From positions 1 through 64,000 of the forward strand of contig JBCBZJ010000014.1 in NCBI GenBank assembly GCA_039815375.1: DNA of 64,000 bases. Reading direction: 5' to 3'. This DNA comes from Verrucomicrobiota bacterium (GTDB lineage: Bacteria; Verrucomicrobiota; Verrucomicrobiia; Opitutales; Coraliomargaritaceae). The notes under the pieces are model-generated. The model was given only the letters and a program-made list of their open reading frames with translations, had not been told where the DNA came from and did not search any database. The translations under genes were made by a program, and so were the position numbers. Below are positions 33,002 through 43,713 of this stretch, piece after piece; position 1 is the first letter of the stretch, and the number at the start of each line of letters is the position of its first letter.

Positions 33002-33303
33002 CGGCTTAATGCGTTTAGGTTATCGACCATCACCGACTGACGCTTGCGGAAGAGCGCAACGATAATGGCGAGACCGACGGCCACTTCAGCAGCGGCCACG
33101 GTGATGATGAAGAAAACGAAAAGGTTACCATCCATCGTGCCGTTGTAGCGTGAAAAGGCGACCAGTGCCAGGTTGACGGCGTTGAGCATGAGCTCAAGCG
33201 ACATATAGATCACCAAGGTGTTTTTGCGCAGCAGCACACCGAGCAGGCCAATCGCGAAGAGCATTCCTGCAACTAGAATGAAAGCATTCAGTCCGACTGT
33301 CAT
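32998..33303 (-). CDS. nuoK: NADH-quinone oxidoreductase subunit K
   Basis: [20 protein letters not shown]. Confidence 0.97.
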   Translation of the reverse strand: MTVGLNAFILVAGMLFAIGLLGVLLRKNTLVIYMSLELMLNAVNLALVAFSRYNGTMDGNLFVFFIITVAAAEVAVGLAIIVALFRKRQSVMVDNLNALSR

Positions 33304-33310
33304 GTTGTTG

Positions 33311-33922
33311 TTAGGATTCGTTCGAAGCTTCGTTGTGCTTTTTACTCACCACGATCACGCCAATCATGGCGGCGAGGAGCAAAAACCCCGTTACCTGGAA
33401 CGGAAGCATGTATTTCGTAAATAAGCTGTAGCCAAAGGACTTGGCCGAAGTAGTAAAAGGGATCCCGGCACCGGTCGCGAATTCCGGAGCGCTAGAAGCA
33501 AATTCACCAAGGCTGCCGGAAAGGACCTGTTGCGCAGACATCTCAGGGTTTGCACTTACAGGGACCAAGGTCGGCTCGGGGAGGTTGCCACCTGAAAAGG
33601 CCGTCACGATAAGAATCGTGAGCAGCGAAAAGCCTGTGATGGAACCCGCTAAGGTCATTTTGTCTTTTAGGTAGCTCCTGCCATCCTTGTCTACATCCAG
33701 TAGCATGATGATAAATAGGAAGAGCACCATCACTGCGCCCGCGTATACGAGAATCTGGATGACGGCGAGAAAGTAGGCTTCAAGCAGAACAAAGATCGCA
33801 GCGGTGCCGACGAAAGAGACGATCATGCAGATCGCCCCGTTCACAGCATTCGGGCTCAGCACCATAAGAAGCGCGGAGATCAGCGTTACCGCTGCAAAAA
33901 CGTAGAAAAGGATATCGAGCAT
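33311..33922 (-). CDS. nuoJ: NADH-quinone oxidoreductase subunit J
   Basis: [20 protein letters not shown]. Confidence 0.96.
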   Translation of the reverse strand: MLDILFYVFAAVTLISALLMVLSPNAVNGAICMIVSFVGTAAIFVLLEAYFLAVIQILVYAGAVMVLFLFIIMLLDVDKDGRSYLKDKMTLAGSITGFSLLTILIVTAFSGGNLPEPTLVPVSANPEMSAQQVLSGSLGEFASSAPEFATGAGIPFTTSAKSFGYSLFTKYMLPFQVTGFLLLAAMIGVIVVSKKHNEASNES

Positions 33923-33936
33923 GCCAAGTATCGCAA

Positions 33937-34488
33937 TTAGTGGTGGGCATTCCCCTTCACTTCGGCGAGCTTCTTCTTATCCCATTTGTAATGCTCATCA
34001 GGGAGCGTCCCGCCAAGCTCGTAGAGCTTTTGCTTATTATTGACCATCTCTTCACGGCTATAGCCTGAAAGGGTAAAGACATCCTGAAGATAGATCGCCT
34101 CTTCGGGGCAGACTTCCTGGCAAAGACCACAGTAAATGCAACGAAGCATGTTGATATCAAATTCTCTCGGTGCCTTCTCGACATGTGCCCGGTCCGGCTC
34201 TTCCCCGGCATCGATTTCGCCCGGCTGAATACGAATGGCCTTGGGTGGGCAGACAAATTCGCAGAGTTGGCAGGATACACATTTCTCGCGACCATTCGGG
34301 TCCTTAACAAGGGTGGGAACACCGCGGTAGTTGTCAGGTATGTTCGGGCGCTCGTCCGGATACTGAAGCGTAACAGGCTTTTCGAGCATCGTGCCGAAGG
34401 TCGTCTTCAGGCCGCCTAGAATCTGCGGAATGAAGGTTTTCTCCGCGAGGGTCAGAGGCTTACGTTCGATTACTTTCGTCTTGGCCAT
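33937..34488 (-). CDS. nuoI: NADH-quinone oxidoreductase subunit I
   Basis: Two ferredoxin motifs CVSCQLCEFVCP and CIYCGLCQEVCP. Confidence 0.96.
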   Translation of the reverse strand: MAKTKVIERKPLTLAEKTFIPQILGGLKTTFGTMLEKPVTLQYPDERPNIPDNYRGVPTLVKDPNGREKCVSCQLCEFVCPPKAIRIQPGEIDAGEEPDRAHVEKAPREFDINMLRCIYCGLCQEVCPEEAIYLQDVFTLSGYSREEMVNNKQKLYELGGTLPDEHYKWDKKKLAEVKGNAHH

Positions 34489-34491
34489 GGC

Positions 34492-35604
34492 TTAGCGGTT
34501 AAAGTGATCGTAGAGGGCGATGATCACGGTGTTAAAAACAAGGTTACCCACTGCGAGCGGAAGAAGAATCTTCCATCCGAGTGACATCACCTGATCGTAG
34601 CGAAAGCGCGGAAGCGTCCAACGAATCCAGATGAAAAAGAAAATCATGAAAAAGACCTTGGCCATAAACCAGCCGACCGAGAGCAGCGAGCCAATGATAC
34701 CGTCAGGCCAAGGATCAGCGAACCATGGAAGGAAGTTCCATCCGCCGAGGAAGAGGAGCGTAAAGACAGCAGAGCCGATAATAATGTGAGCATATTCCGC
34801 CACGAAGAAGATACCAAACTTGAAGCAGCCGTATTCCGTATGGAAACCACCAACAAGGTCGGTCTCCGACTCAGCCATATCAAAGGGCAGGCGATTTGTT
34901 TCCGCAAAAAGCGCGACGAGAAAGATCAATGCTGAGAGCGGCTGCCACATGGCAAGCCAGGCGGCCTCCTGAGACTTGACCACTCCAAAGAGGCTCATGC
35001 CGTATTCAGAGCCTGGAGCCGAAGCCCACATAAAGACTGGCAGCAGGGAAAGGCCCATCGCGAGCTCGTAGGAGATCATCTGTGCGGAGGCTCGAATCGC
35101 GCCAAGGAAAGGATATTTCGAATTTGATGCCCATCCTGCCAAAACGATGCCATAGACCCCAAGCGAAGATACCCCGAGAATGAAGAGCATACCCAGATCG
35201 ATGTTCGCCAGAACAAGTGGCTGAGTCACACCATCCGCATCGACATATTGACCGAAGGGCAGCACGACCATAGTTGTCAATGCGGGCGCCAACGCCACAA
35301 TCGGAGCAAGATAATAGTAGCCGACCTTTACGTGGCCGGGAGTGATCTCTTCCTTGAACAGAAATTTCAACCCATCCGCAGCAGGCTGGAAAAGACCAAA
35401 TCCGGTAAGCAGATTTCCGAGAATCGGGATATGGCCAACAATCGGAAGGCGCGTTCGATTTGGGCCAACGCGGCCCTGAATCCAACTCGAAACCTTGCGC
35501 TCTGCCAAAACAGAATAGGCGCAGAGCGACATGAAAACTGAAATCATGCCGAGCGCATAAGCGACTGGTAAAACGAAGGGCAACGATGCTTGGATAAATT
35601 CCAT
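34492..35604 (-). CDS. nuoH: NADH-quinone oxidoreductase subunit H
   Basis: ERKVSSWIQGRVGPNR, AQMISYE, AETNRLPFD, TLPRFRYDQ. Confidence 0.97.
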   Translation of the reverse strand: MEFIQASLPFVLPVAYALGMISVFMSLCAYSVLAERKVSSWIQGRVGPNRTRLPIVGHIPILGNLLTGFGLFQPAADGLKFLFKEEITPGHVKVGYYYLAPIVALAPALTTMVVLPFGQYVDADGVTQPLVLANIDLGMLFILGVSSLGVYGIVLAGWASNSKYPFLGAIRASAQMISYELAMGLSLLPVFMWASAPGSEYGMSLFGVVKSQEAAWLAMWQPLSALIFLVALFAETNRLPFDMAESETDLVGGFHTEYGCFKFGIFFVAEYAHIIIGSAVFTLLFLGGWNFLPWFADPWPDGIIGSLLSVGWFMAKVFFMIFFFIWIRWTLPRFRYDQVMSLGWKILLPLAVGNLVFNTVIIALYDHFNR

Positions 35605-35616
35605 ATTCTGCTTTGC

Positions 35617-37341
35617 CTAAGCACCCACAGGTGCAAGTTGTGCCTCCCTGAACGCAACCGGATCGTATTTTAGATTCTTTGTTTCAGCAAAAGGCAACTC
35701 GACCAAAGCACCAGGGTCGAGAGCGATGCCTTCGTCGGTGATGCCGCGCCAGGACAGGTCGGAATCCAAGGTATCGAGTTCAGATGCCATTCGCTGCCAG
35801 ACATAATCGAGTGTGGTAGCACTTGGTTTCCCGCCGGAAAGCAAGGCAGCAATCTTATCAAGGACGCGGTAATCAGGCTCGAGGCCCGATGAGCTCGGGA
35901 TCGCCATTTTAAATTTCTGAAGGCGGAAACTCTGATTGATAAAGGTGCCGTCTTTTTCGAACACCATCAGTGACGGGATCACGACGTCGGCAACTTTCGC
36001 CGTGTCATTTGTATGACTGCCTACATAGATGAGCTTAACTTTGCTGAGCAGTTCGGGCGCAACACCGAGAGCGGTGATGTCTTCATTGACGACCAGTATT
36101 GTCTTTACCGCACCAGAACTGATGTCGCGGGCGAGCGAACTCAACTCAGCCTCCGGAAGCTGATCAATCAGGCCGGTAACAAGTGCACCACGAAGGTTCG
36201 GCGTGCGATCCTCGGACTGAAGGAGTCCATCACCCTCACCACAGTGACTGACGAGAAAAACTTTCGCGCCGCTGCTTTCAGCAATGGTCTTATAGTAAAA
36301 TTGCTCTTCGACCGAGCTATGAGCTGAACCGACGATCGCAACATCTCCCGCCTTAAGACACTCTGCGGCAACGCGGGCGACTTCATCGGATGATTTGTAA
36401 ACACCACCCACGGTGTAGTGAGTGAGGCGGTCCTCGGATTCAACAGCCTTATAAAGCGCACGCCCGGAGTCGGTCATCCATGTGTCGTTGACCGCGTCGT
36501 TACGGCGCGGAGTGATACGGTAGATTTTACCTTCACGGCTCCAAATCTCGGTATTCGTGCCTACGCTACTTTCAGTGCAGATGCTGTTGGTCCGCTTGAG
36601 GAACCAGACACGCATTTTAAAACGGAAATCAGTACTGGTCAGCGCACCTACCGGACAGATGTCGACCGTATTCAGCGAGTAATTGTTCTCCAGCTCTTTG
36701 CCGGGGTAACACGTCAGGGTCGAATATGTGCCACGATCGACAAAACCAAGCACATCGTCATCAGCGATTTCCTTGCTGAATCGAATACAGCGCGAGCAAA
36801 GAATGCAGCGTTCGTCGTCAAGCGTCACTCTTGGTCCAAGGCGCGTGCGCTTTGGTTTGACATTCTTTTCCTCGATAAAGCGGCTGTAGCCACGGCCATG
36901 TTCAGCGGAGAATTCCTGCAAACGGCACTCCCCCGCCTGATCGCAGATCGGGCAATCAAGCGGATGATTGATCAGAAGAAACTCCGTCACCCCGTTGCGC
37001 GACTCCTGCACCATTGAAGACTTGGTTTTGATATGCATGCCCGGCGATGCATTGGTCGCACAACCAATTGTCGGCTTTGGAATCCAGCCAATCTTCTGCA
37101 CACCATTTTCGTCAAGAATGGGTTCACCCGTCGCGCGGTCACGCATCGGCATGCCCATTTCGACGAGACACATGCGACAGTTCCCCGCGATTGAAAGCTT
37201 AGGGTGATAGCAATAATGCGGCACTTCTTTGCCCTTGCCTACCATCTTGACGGCTTCAATGACGTTGATGCCTTTCGGAACCTGAACGTCGCTGCCGTCG
37301 ATGTTGATCGTAATCAGATCCATTGTGCCGTTTTCGCTCAT
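35617..37341 (-). CDS. nuoG: NADH-quinone oxidoreductase subunit G (short form)
   Basis: HYCYHPKLSIAGNCRMCLVE, NHPLDCPICDQAGECRLQ, RCILCSRCIRF, DICPVGALT. Confidence 0.93.
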   Translation of the reverse strand: MSENGTMDLITINIDGSDVQVPKGINVIEAVKMVGKGKEVPHYCYHPKLSIAGNCRMCLVEMGMPMRDRATGEPILDENGVQKIGWIPKPTIGCATNASPGMHIKTKSSMVQESRNGVTEFLLINHPLDCPICDQAGECRLQEFSAEHGRGYSRFIEEKNVKPKRTRLGPRVTLDDERCILCSRCIRFSKEIADDDVLGFVDRGTYSTLTCYPGKELENNYSLNTVDICPVGALTSTDFRFKMRVWFLKRTNSICTESSVGTNTEIWSREGKIYRITPRRNDAVNDTWMTDSGRALYKAVESEDRLTHYTVGGVYKSSDEVARVAAECLKAGDVAIVGSAHSSVEEQFYYKTIAESSGAKVFLVSHCGEGDGLLQSEDRTPNLRGALVTGLIDQLPEAELSSLARDISSGAVKTILVVNEDITALGVAPELLSKVKLIYVGSHTNDTAKVADVVIPSLMVFEKDGTFINQSFRLQKFKMAIPSSSGLEPDYRVLDKIAALLSGGKPSATTLDYVWQRMASELDTLDSDLSWRGITDEGIALDPGALVELPFAETKNLKYDPVAFREAQLAPVGA

Positions 37342-37343
37342 CT

Positions 37344-38708
37344 TTAAATCAGTGTCGTCTCCTTCGCAGGCTCAATGCCTTCCTTTCGTCGGGCAGCTTG
37401 ATCGCGCGCTTTTTCTACAAACTCGTCTTTGAATTTCGCAATGAAGCTTTGCACCGGCCATGCCGCCGCCTCACCAAAGGCGCAGATCGTGCGGCCTGCG
37501 ATCTGGTCGGCAATATCATTTAGCAGTTGTGCGTCTTCTTCCCGAGCATTGCCGTCGACCATGCGTTGGGTAATCTTACGCATCCAGGGAACACCCTCAC
37601 GACATGGGGTGCACTGACCGCAACTTTCGTGGGCGTAGAAATAATTAATGTTGGCGAGCGCCTCAACAATATCGGTGCTGTCGTCCATAATGATCACACC
37701 ACCAGAGCCTGACATCGAACCGACCGCAGCAAGGCTATCAAAATCCATAGGGATGTCTTCAATGCCCCAATCAAACTCGGTGCCATCCTTGAGCTTACCA
37801 GTGAAGCGCTCATCGGCCCGAAGGACCTTTGCGGAGGAGCCGCCAGGAATAACGGCCTTCAACTTACGACCGGGCTTGAGACCGCCACAGACGTCGTAGA
37901 TCAACTCGCCAAGCGTGATATCCGAACAGGCAAACTCATAATAACCGGGCTTCATCACGTGACCGGAAACACACCAGGTGCGAGTGCCAGTGTTTCCCTG
38001 CGTGCCAATGCCGGCGAATTCCTTACCACCCATCGCGACGATGTGTTTCACATCACAGAGGGTCTCAACATTATTTACAATGGTCGGGCACTGGTAGAGA
38101 CCGAGCGCCGCAGGAAAATACGGCGGCTTGATGCGAGGGTTCGCACGGTTACCTTCGAGGGACTCGATCAAACCGGTTTCTTCGCCACAAATGTAAGCGC
38201 CCGCACCACGGTGCACGATAATATCGCAGGAGTAATCGGAGCCGAGAATATTGTCGCCAAGAAAATTCTTCTCGCGTGCCTCCTCGATCGCTTTTTCGAG
38301 AATGCGGTATCCTTGGAAGAACTCACCACGGATATAGATGAAGGCCAGCTTCGCCTGAATCGCAAAGGCTGAGATCATCATGCCTTCAATAAGCTGGTGC
38401 GGGTCCTTATGTATGATCTGACGGTCTTTAAATGTTCCAGGCTCCGATTCGTCAGCATTGCAAACAAGGTAGATTGGTTTGCCGGATTTTCGATCAAGGA
38501 ACTTCCACTTCATGCCGGCAGGGAAACCGGCACCACCTCTTCCACGCACGCCAGACTCCATAACTTCGGCACAGATGTCCTCCGGCTTCATCGTCACGGC
38601 CTTCTTCAAATCCTCATAGCCACCATGCTTGATATAGCAGTCGATGTCGTTGGTGTAGCCCGGCTCATCCGCGTACTTCATGATGAGCCTTGTTTCTTCG
38701 TGTGTCAT
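37344..38708 (-). CDS. nuoF: NADH-quinone oxidoreductase subunit F
   Basis: GRGGAGFP, NADESEPGTFKDR, GAGAYICGEETGL, ESCGQCTPCREG; likely start MTHEETR at 38708. Confidence 0.97.
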   Translation of the reverse strand: MTHEETRLIMKYADEPGYTNDIDCYIKHGGYEDLKKAVTMKPEDICAEVMESGVRGRGGAGFPAGMKWKFLDRKSGKPIYLVCNADESEPGTFKDRQIIHKDPHQLIEGMMISAFAIQAKLAFIYIRGEFFQGYRILEKAIEEAREKNFLGDNILGSDYSCDIIVHRGAGAYICGEETGLIESLEGNRANPRIKPPYFPAALGLYQCPTIVNNVETLCDVKHIVAMGGKEFAGIGTQGNTGTRTWCVSGHVMKPGYYEFACSDITLGELIYDVCGGLKPGRKLKAVIPGGSSAKVLRADERFTGKLKDGTEFDWGIEDIPMDFDSLAAVGSMSGSGGVIIMDDSTDIVEALANINYFYAHESCGQCTPCREGVPWMRKITQRMVDGNAREEDAQLLNDIADQIAGRTICAFGEAAAWPVQSFIAKFKDEFVEKARDQAARRKEGIEPAKETTLI

Positions 38709-38733
38709 GGTGGTTAGATTCTTCTTCTGAAAA

Positions 38734-39234
38734 TTAAGCAGTCGGCAGGCCATCGGAGAGCTCACCAGTCTTCATCTTGGTCGCCATTTCAGCGGCTCGA
38801 TCCGGATCGATATCGGTGTATTCTTCTTCGCCTATCATCACAACCGGAGCGCGGCCACAATCGGCATGGCATTCAACATATTCGAGCGTAACAAGACCGT
38901 CCTCACTGGTATGGCCGACCTTTACATTAAGTTCTTCTTCGAGGCGCTGGCAGGTCTGGTAAGCACCGGCAAGCGCGCAGGGGAGCGTGCGGCAGACACG
39001 AACATGGTATTTCCCGGTCGGCTCAGTCCGCAGCATCGGGTAGAAAGTGACGATCTCTTTTATGTTGATCGGCGTGAGCTCCAGTCGCTCAGCAATCCAC
39101 TCCATCGCTTCGTTCGACAGATAGCCCTGATCCTCTTGCACAAGATGGCAGAGCGGCAGCGCAGCGCTCCGCATCGTCGGGTAGCGCGGCACGAGTTTGT
39201 CAATCTTTTCGATGGTGGCAGGTTTCAGATTCAT
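38734..39234 (-). CDS. nuoE: NADH-quinone oxidoreductase subunit E
   Basis: VTFYPM, CRTLPC, VECHADCGRAP. Confidence 0.95.
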   Translation of the reverse strand: MNLKPATIEKIDKLVPRYPTMRSAALPLCHLVQEDQGYLSNEAMEWIAERLELTPINIKEIVTFYPMLRTEPTGKYHVRVCRTLPCALAGAYQTCQRLEEELNVKVGHTSEDGLVTLEYVECHADCGRAPVVMIGEEEYTDIDPDRAAEMATKMKTGELSDGLPTA

Positions 39235-39243
39235 GCAGAGGTT

Positions 39244-40485
39244 CTAACGATCACACTCGCCCATCACGAAATCGAGCGAGCCGAGGATTACGGTAATATC
39301 GGTCAGATAATGTCCGGGAATTAGTTTATCTAAAATACTCAGATTACAGAAAGACGGGCCACGTATCTTCAGGCGATAAGGCACCCCACCACCCTTTGAA
39401 ACGATGAAGAATCCAAGTGCACCTTTGGGATTCTCCGCTTCGAAATAGACTTCGCCCGCCGGAATCTGAGGGCCTTCGGTAACAATCATGAAATTTTGGA
39501 TCAGCTCTTCCATACTGGAGAGAACTTTGGCTTTGGGTGGGGCAAAAATCTTCTTGGCCTCCTCCGCGTAGAAGGGTCCCTCTGGAAACTTTTCAATGAC
39601 CTGGCGGACGATGGAGACACTCTGGCGGATTTCCTCGGCGCGCATCAGGTATCGGTCGTAGCAGTCGCCCGTGGTGCCAACCGGAACTTCAAAATCGTAT
39701 TTCTCGTATCCGAGATAGGGCTTGTCCTTGCGCAAATCGAGATCAACACCGCAGGCACGCAGGTTCGGGCCGGTTAAACCGTAAGCCAGAGCATCTTCTT
39801 TAGAAATCACGCCGATGCCCTCGGTGCGATCCATGAAAATACGGTTTCGGGTCAGGAGCTTATCAACTTGGTCGATGACTGGTATCACGCCATTGCAGAA
39901 CTCAAGAACGCGTCCAAGCCAACCTTCCGGAATATCGCGGGCCACGCCACCAATACGAGTATAGCTCGTCGTAAAGCGAGCACCGGTCAGCTCCTCGAAG
40001 AGGGTGTAAAGTTTCTCACGCTCAGTGAAAGTATACATGAACACGGTCCAAGCTCCGGCATCCATACCATAGACACCGACTCCAAGCAGATGGGAAGAAA
40101 TCCGGGCGAGCTCACAGCAGAGCACACGAATTGACTCGCAGCGCTCAGGCACTTCGAGATTAGCGAGCTTCTCGACTGCCATCGCGTAAGCAACGTTGTT
40201 GGCAAGTGGAGCAAGGTAGTCCAACCGGTCCGTATAGGGCACGAACTGATTGTAAGTCATATTCTCAGCGATCTTCTCATCGCCACGGTGAAGATAACCA
40301 AGCACAGGCTCACACTTTTTGATAACGTCGCCGTCCAGCTCCATCATAAGGCGAAGCACACCGTGAGTCGTCGGGTGGGAAGGCCCGACGTTGATGGCCA
40401 TAGTTTCACCAGAAAGCTCACCCTCGATTTCAGGAGAGCGGCCACTGGTGTCCGCAATAGTAAATTCCTTGGTAGTCGTGGCCAT
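39244..40485 (-). CDS. nuoD: NADH-quinone oxidoreductase subunit D
   Basis: GPSHPTTHGVLR, GYLHRGDEK, DRLDY, ENPKG, GECDR. Confidence 0.97.
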   Translation of the reverse strand: MATTTKEFTIADTSGRSPEIEGELSGETMAINVGPSHPTTHGVLRLMMELDGDVIKKCEPVLGYLHRGDEKIAENMTYNQFVPYTDRLDYLAPLANNVAYAMAVEKLANLEVPERCESIRVLCCELARISSHLLGVGVYGMDAGAWTVFMYTFTEREKLYTLFEELTGARFTTSYTRIGGVARDIPEGWLGRVLEFCNGVIPVIDQVDKLLTRNRIFMDRTEGIGVISKEDALAYGLTGPNLRACGVDLDLRKDKPYLGYEKYDFEVPVGTTGDCYDRYLMRAEEIRQSVSIVRQVIEKFPEGPFYAEEAKKIFAPPKAKVLSSMEELIQNFMIVTEGPQIPAGEVYFEAENPKGALGFFIVSKGGGVPYRLKIRGPSFCNLSILDKLIPGHYLTDITVILGSLDFVMGECDR

Positions 40486-40489
40486 GAAA

Positions 40490-41104
40490 CTAGTCGGTTG
40501 GTTTCTCCTTGATTTCAGTCCAGCTCTCGTCTTGGGCGCGTGGCTCAGTCTGGCTCATCGGCCCATCCGCAGAAGAGACGAATGGTCCACCCATCATCGG
40601 AGCGGGTAGGACAGAAGCTTTGGTTTGTTCCGCTACGTCGGCTGCAGGCAATGGCGTCTCGATCCCGGCCAGTGGAAATTCCTTGCGCAACGGGTGATAT
40701 GGATATTCGTCCCACATCAGGATACGACGCAGGTCCGGATGTCCATCGTAACGAATGCCCATTAGGTCGTAAGTCTCCCGCTCGTGCCAGTTTGCCGCGG
40801 CGTAAAGATCGCAGAGTGAGGGGAGTATCGGGTGAATATCGTCCGCACAATCCGCAGCCACACGAAGATACTCGTGCGTGGATGAGGAAAGAAAATGGTA
40901 GACCCCGGTGAATCGGGGGCTTTGGGCATCCCAGTCAATGGCTGTGACATCAAGTAGCATGTCATACCCGAACTCGTCGCGCAGAGCCGTGCACAATTCA
41001 AATAGCCTATCCGCCGGGCAATTGACTGCAAGGTGGTCTGCTGACTCCCGTTCGATGAGAAAGTCGAAGCGCTCTTTCAACAGAGCAAATCTGCCCTCGC
41101 TCAT
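40490..41104 (-). CDS. nuoC: NADH-quinone oxidoreductase subunit C
   Basis: ANWHERETYDLMGIRYDGHPDLRRIL, HPLRKEFP. Confidence 0.96.
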   Translation of the reverse strand: MSEGRFALLKERFDFLIERESADHLAVNCPADRLFELCTALRDEFGYDMLLDVTAIDWDAQSPRFTGVYHFLSSSTHEYLRVAADCADDIHPILPSLCDLYAAANWHERETYDLMGIRYDGHPDLRRILMWDEYPYHPLRKEFPLAGIETPLPAADVAEQTKASVLPAPMMGGPFVSSADGPMSQTEPRAQDESWTEIKEKPTD

Positions 41105-41105
41105 C

Positions 41106-41651
41106 TTAGCTTGCCTTTCCAGCTCGGGCCATAAGTGGGGCTTCGGCCTTTCGGGCAGTCAAGTTCTTGACCGCGCTTTCGCGGCCGATCTTATCCTGCA
41201 ATTTCATCATAGCATCGAGAAGCGCTTCCGGGCGCGGTGGACAACCGCTTATATAAACATCAACAGGTATAATGCGATCCACCCCCTGCAAAGTGGCGTA
41301 GGAACGATACATACCTCCAGTGCTGGCGCAGGCACCCATGGCAACAACCCACTTTGGTTCTGCCATTTGCTCATAAATCCGCCGCACAACCTCAGCCATT
41401 TTGTAGGTCACCGTTCCGGCCACGATCATACAGTCCGCCTGTCTGGGCGAGAAACGCATCACCTCCATGCCGAAGCGGGAGATATCGAAACGTGAGCCGC
41501 CGGCTGCCATGAGCTCAATTGCGCAGCAGGCAAGCCCCATCGGCATCGGCCAAACCGAGTGTTTCCGAATCCAGTTGATGACAGCATCTGCCTGAGTGAC
41601 AATGACCTCACCCTCGACTTTGCTATCGTAAGCTATCGTCTGACCTTGCAT
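41106..41651 (-). CDS. nuoB: NADH-quinone oxidoreductase subunit B
   Basis: [30 protein letters not shown]. Confidence 0.97.
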   Translation of the reverse strand: MQGQTIAYDSKVEGEVIVTQADAVINWIRKHSVWPMPMGLACCAIELMAAGGSRFDISRFGMEVMRFSPRQADCMIVAGTVTYKMAEVVRRIYEQMAEPKWVVAMGACASTGGMYRSYATLQGVDRIIPVDVYISGCPPRPEALLDAMMKLQDKIGRESAVKNLTARKAEAPLMARAGKAS

Positions 41652-41758
41652 TTTTTCGTCCTAATTAGGGTGATGAATCGCCCTAATCGGTCAGAACTTA
41701 ATCCGCACTTTTACCCATGCAAGCTACAAGTGGGAAAAATCACGAGGGCAGTGGGAAC

Positions 41759-41788
41759 AAAAAAGCGCCTGCAGAAATCTGCAGGCGC
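41759..41788 (-). terminator. Rho-independent terminator of the 41815-42324 gene
   Basis: Minus strand gcgcctgcag-attt-ctgcaggcgc-tttttt, perfect 10-bp stem. Confidence 0.85.
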
Positions 41789-41814
41789 CAGTTCAACAAC
41801 AACAATAAATTATT

Positions 41815-42324
41815 TTAATATTTTTTCTTCTTTTTCCAACCGGTTCCGGGGCCCTTTCGGTTGTCAGCAAAACGCAACTCACCATTTTCCTCACGATGTT
41901 CCACAATTAAGTCATGGGCTTCATCGGAAACATCTACATAAGCTCGGCCCTGAGGCAAAACATGGAACGTGCCACGTAAGCGATTTGTATCCGGACCACC
42001 TCTTTCACGATCCGGCACAGTGCCATATTTACGCATGAAACTGTCGACATCATCTTCGAGAACAGCAGCCAGGAGGGTGCCACCGCGAACTTTGTTGTCT
42101 TCGTCAACCGTATGAACGAGGAAAAAGACAACGCCATCGATCTTGGGACCGCCGTTGATACGTGAAACAAAAGTGCAGTCGACATCGATTTTTTCGCCAT
42201 CGAAGGCTTCGGGGTCACTACGATAATGACGAGCTGAGTCGTCTCCGGCCTCGCTACCGGCAAAAGCGGAAGCGGTTAGAATAGTGGATACTAGAGCAAG
42301 AATAATGTATTTCATTAATTTCAT
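41815..42324 (-). CDS. Hypothetical secreted protein with polybasic C-terminus
   Basis: Signal peptide MKLMKYIILALVSTILTASAFA; own terminator; ends GWKKKKKY. Confidence 0.7.
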   Translation of the reverse strand: MKLMKYIILALVSTILTASAFAGSEAGDDSARHYRSDPEAFDGEKIDVDCTFVSRINGGPKIDGVVFFLVHTVDEDNKVRGGTLLAAVLEDDVDSFMRKYGTVPDRERGGPDTNRLRGTFHVLPQGRAYVDVSDEAHDLIVEHREENGELRFADNRKGPGTGWKKKKKY

Positions 42325-42440
42325 ATTGTGCGGGGTTCGGTTAATGACTCGTTTGCGAATGCGAAAGGAGTATCGAAACGAAAAAATAAAAGTTTCAAAA
42401 AATATTCGAAAGGCCAGCCCAGTCGGATTCACTTAAGAAC

Positions 42441-42779
42441 ATGCCGACTTATCTTTATCAGGAAATTCTCCCGGACGGTGCCGAAGGCGATTGCTTTGAA
42501 GTCGTTCAGCGCATGTCTGATGCGCCACTAAAAACCCACCCACAGAACGGAAATCCGGTGCGCAAAGTCTTTGTCGCGCCAAACCTGCCGACCAAATATA
42601 CCGAAGCGGCGACCAAAAGTAAGCTAACCAACGAAAACGTGGAGAAGCACGGCTTCACCCGATACGAAAAAGACAAAATCACCGGTCAATATCACAAGAC
42701 CGCAGGCAAAGACAAACGAGCCCCGGACGTCGTCAACGCTGGTAAGCTCAAGGAGATGCAGCAAAAGGGCATCCTCTAG
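42441..42779 (+). CDS. FmdB-family zinc-ribbon-like protein (Cys-less variant)
   Basis: MPTYLY..FEVVQRMSDAPL..HP..G.PVRKV pattern of the FmdB family. Confidence 0.75.
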   Translation: MPTYLYQEILPDGAEGDCFEVVQRMSDAPLKTHPQNGNPVRKVFVAPNLPTKYTEAATKSKLTNENVEKHGFTRYEKDKITGQYHKTAGKDKRAPDVVNAGKLKEMQQKGIL

Positions 42780-42781
42780 AG

Positions 42782-43663
42782 ATGAATGAGGCCCTGAAAT
42801 CGGCTCTCTCTGTAGCCATTTCCAAAAAGAAGGGGCAAATTTTCAACATTTCGGATTATCGTAGTCAGGGAGGTGGCTGCATCAATGAAGCCTACCTTGT
42901 TGGCAACGGCACCACCCAATTTTTCGTAAAACTCAATGCAGCCTCCCTACTGCCCATGTTTGAAGCAGAGGAAGCGGCACTGAAAGAACTATCAGACGCT
43001 CACGCAATCCGCGTCCCTAATCCTATCTCTGAAGGCATCGCGTCCAACCGAAGCTATCTCATCCTTGAGGCCCTGCCCTTCGGAACCGCTCACTCTGGTA
43101 GTTGGGAAAAGATGGGGCGGCAACTCGCCCAGCTCCACCGAGTAACCGCAGACCGCTTCGGTTGGCATCGCAACAACGTCATCGGCAGCACGCACCAGCA
43201 CAACAACTGGACGAACGATTGGCCCACTTTCTTTCGCGAGCAGAGGCTGCGTCCGCAGTTTGAACTTGCCCGGCAAAACGGCTTCCATTTTCCGCAAGCC
43301 GAAGAGCTGCTGGGCGAAATCGAAAGCCTGCTGACTGGCCACTCACCTTCCCCATCCCTTCTCCACGGAGATCTCTGGTCGGGTAATGCCGGTTTTCTCA
43401 CGGATGGCACTCCAGTGGTTTTCGACCCTGCTGCCTATTATGGCGACCGCGAGACCGATCTGGCCTTTAGCGAGTTCTTCGGAGGGTTCCCCGCCGCGTT
43501 CTACACAGCCTACGAGAGGGAATGGCCCCTCACAACAGGCTACGAGAAACGCAAAGATCTCTACAATCTCTACCATGTCCTCAATCATGCCAATCTGTTC
43601 GGCGGAGGTTATGCCTCACAAACAAGTAGCATGATTTCAAACTTACTGGCCGGAAAACCTTGA
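42782..43663 (+). CDS. Fructosamine kinase family protein
   Basis: GGGCINEA, FFVKLN, LLHGDLWSGN, FDPAAYYGDRETDLA, YHVLNHANLFGGGY. Confidence 0.93.
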   Translation: MNEALKSALSVAISKKKGQIFNISDYRSQGGGCINEAYLVGNGTTQFFVKLNAASLLPMFEAEEAALKELSDAHAIRVPNPISEGIASNRSYLILEALPFGTAHSGSWEKMGRQLAQLHRVTADRFGWHRNNVIGSTHQHNNWTNDWPTFFREQRLRPQFELARQNGFHFPQAEELLGEIESLLTGHSPSPSLLHGDLWSGNAGFLTDGTPVVFDPAAYYGDRETDLAFSEFFGGFPAAFYTAYEREWPLTTGYEKRKDLYNLYHVLNHANLFGGGYASQTSSMISNLLAGKP

Positions 43664-43713
43664 ACTGGCGTGATTGATTTTCGGAGGACCCATTCGAAAT
43701 CAAAGTAAGTGTT

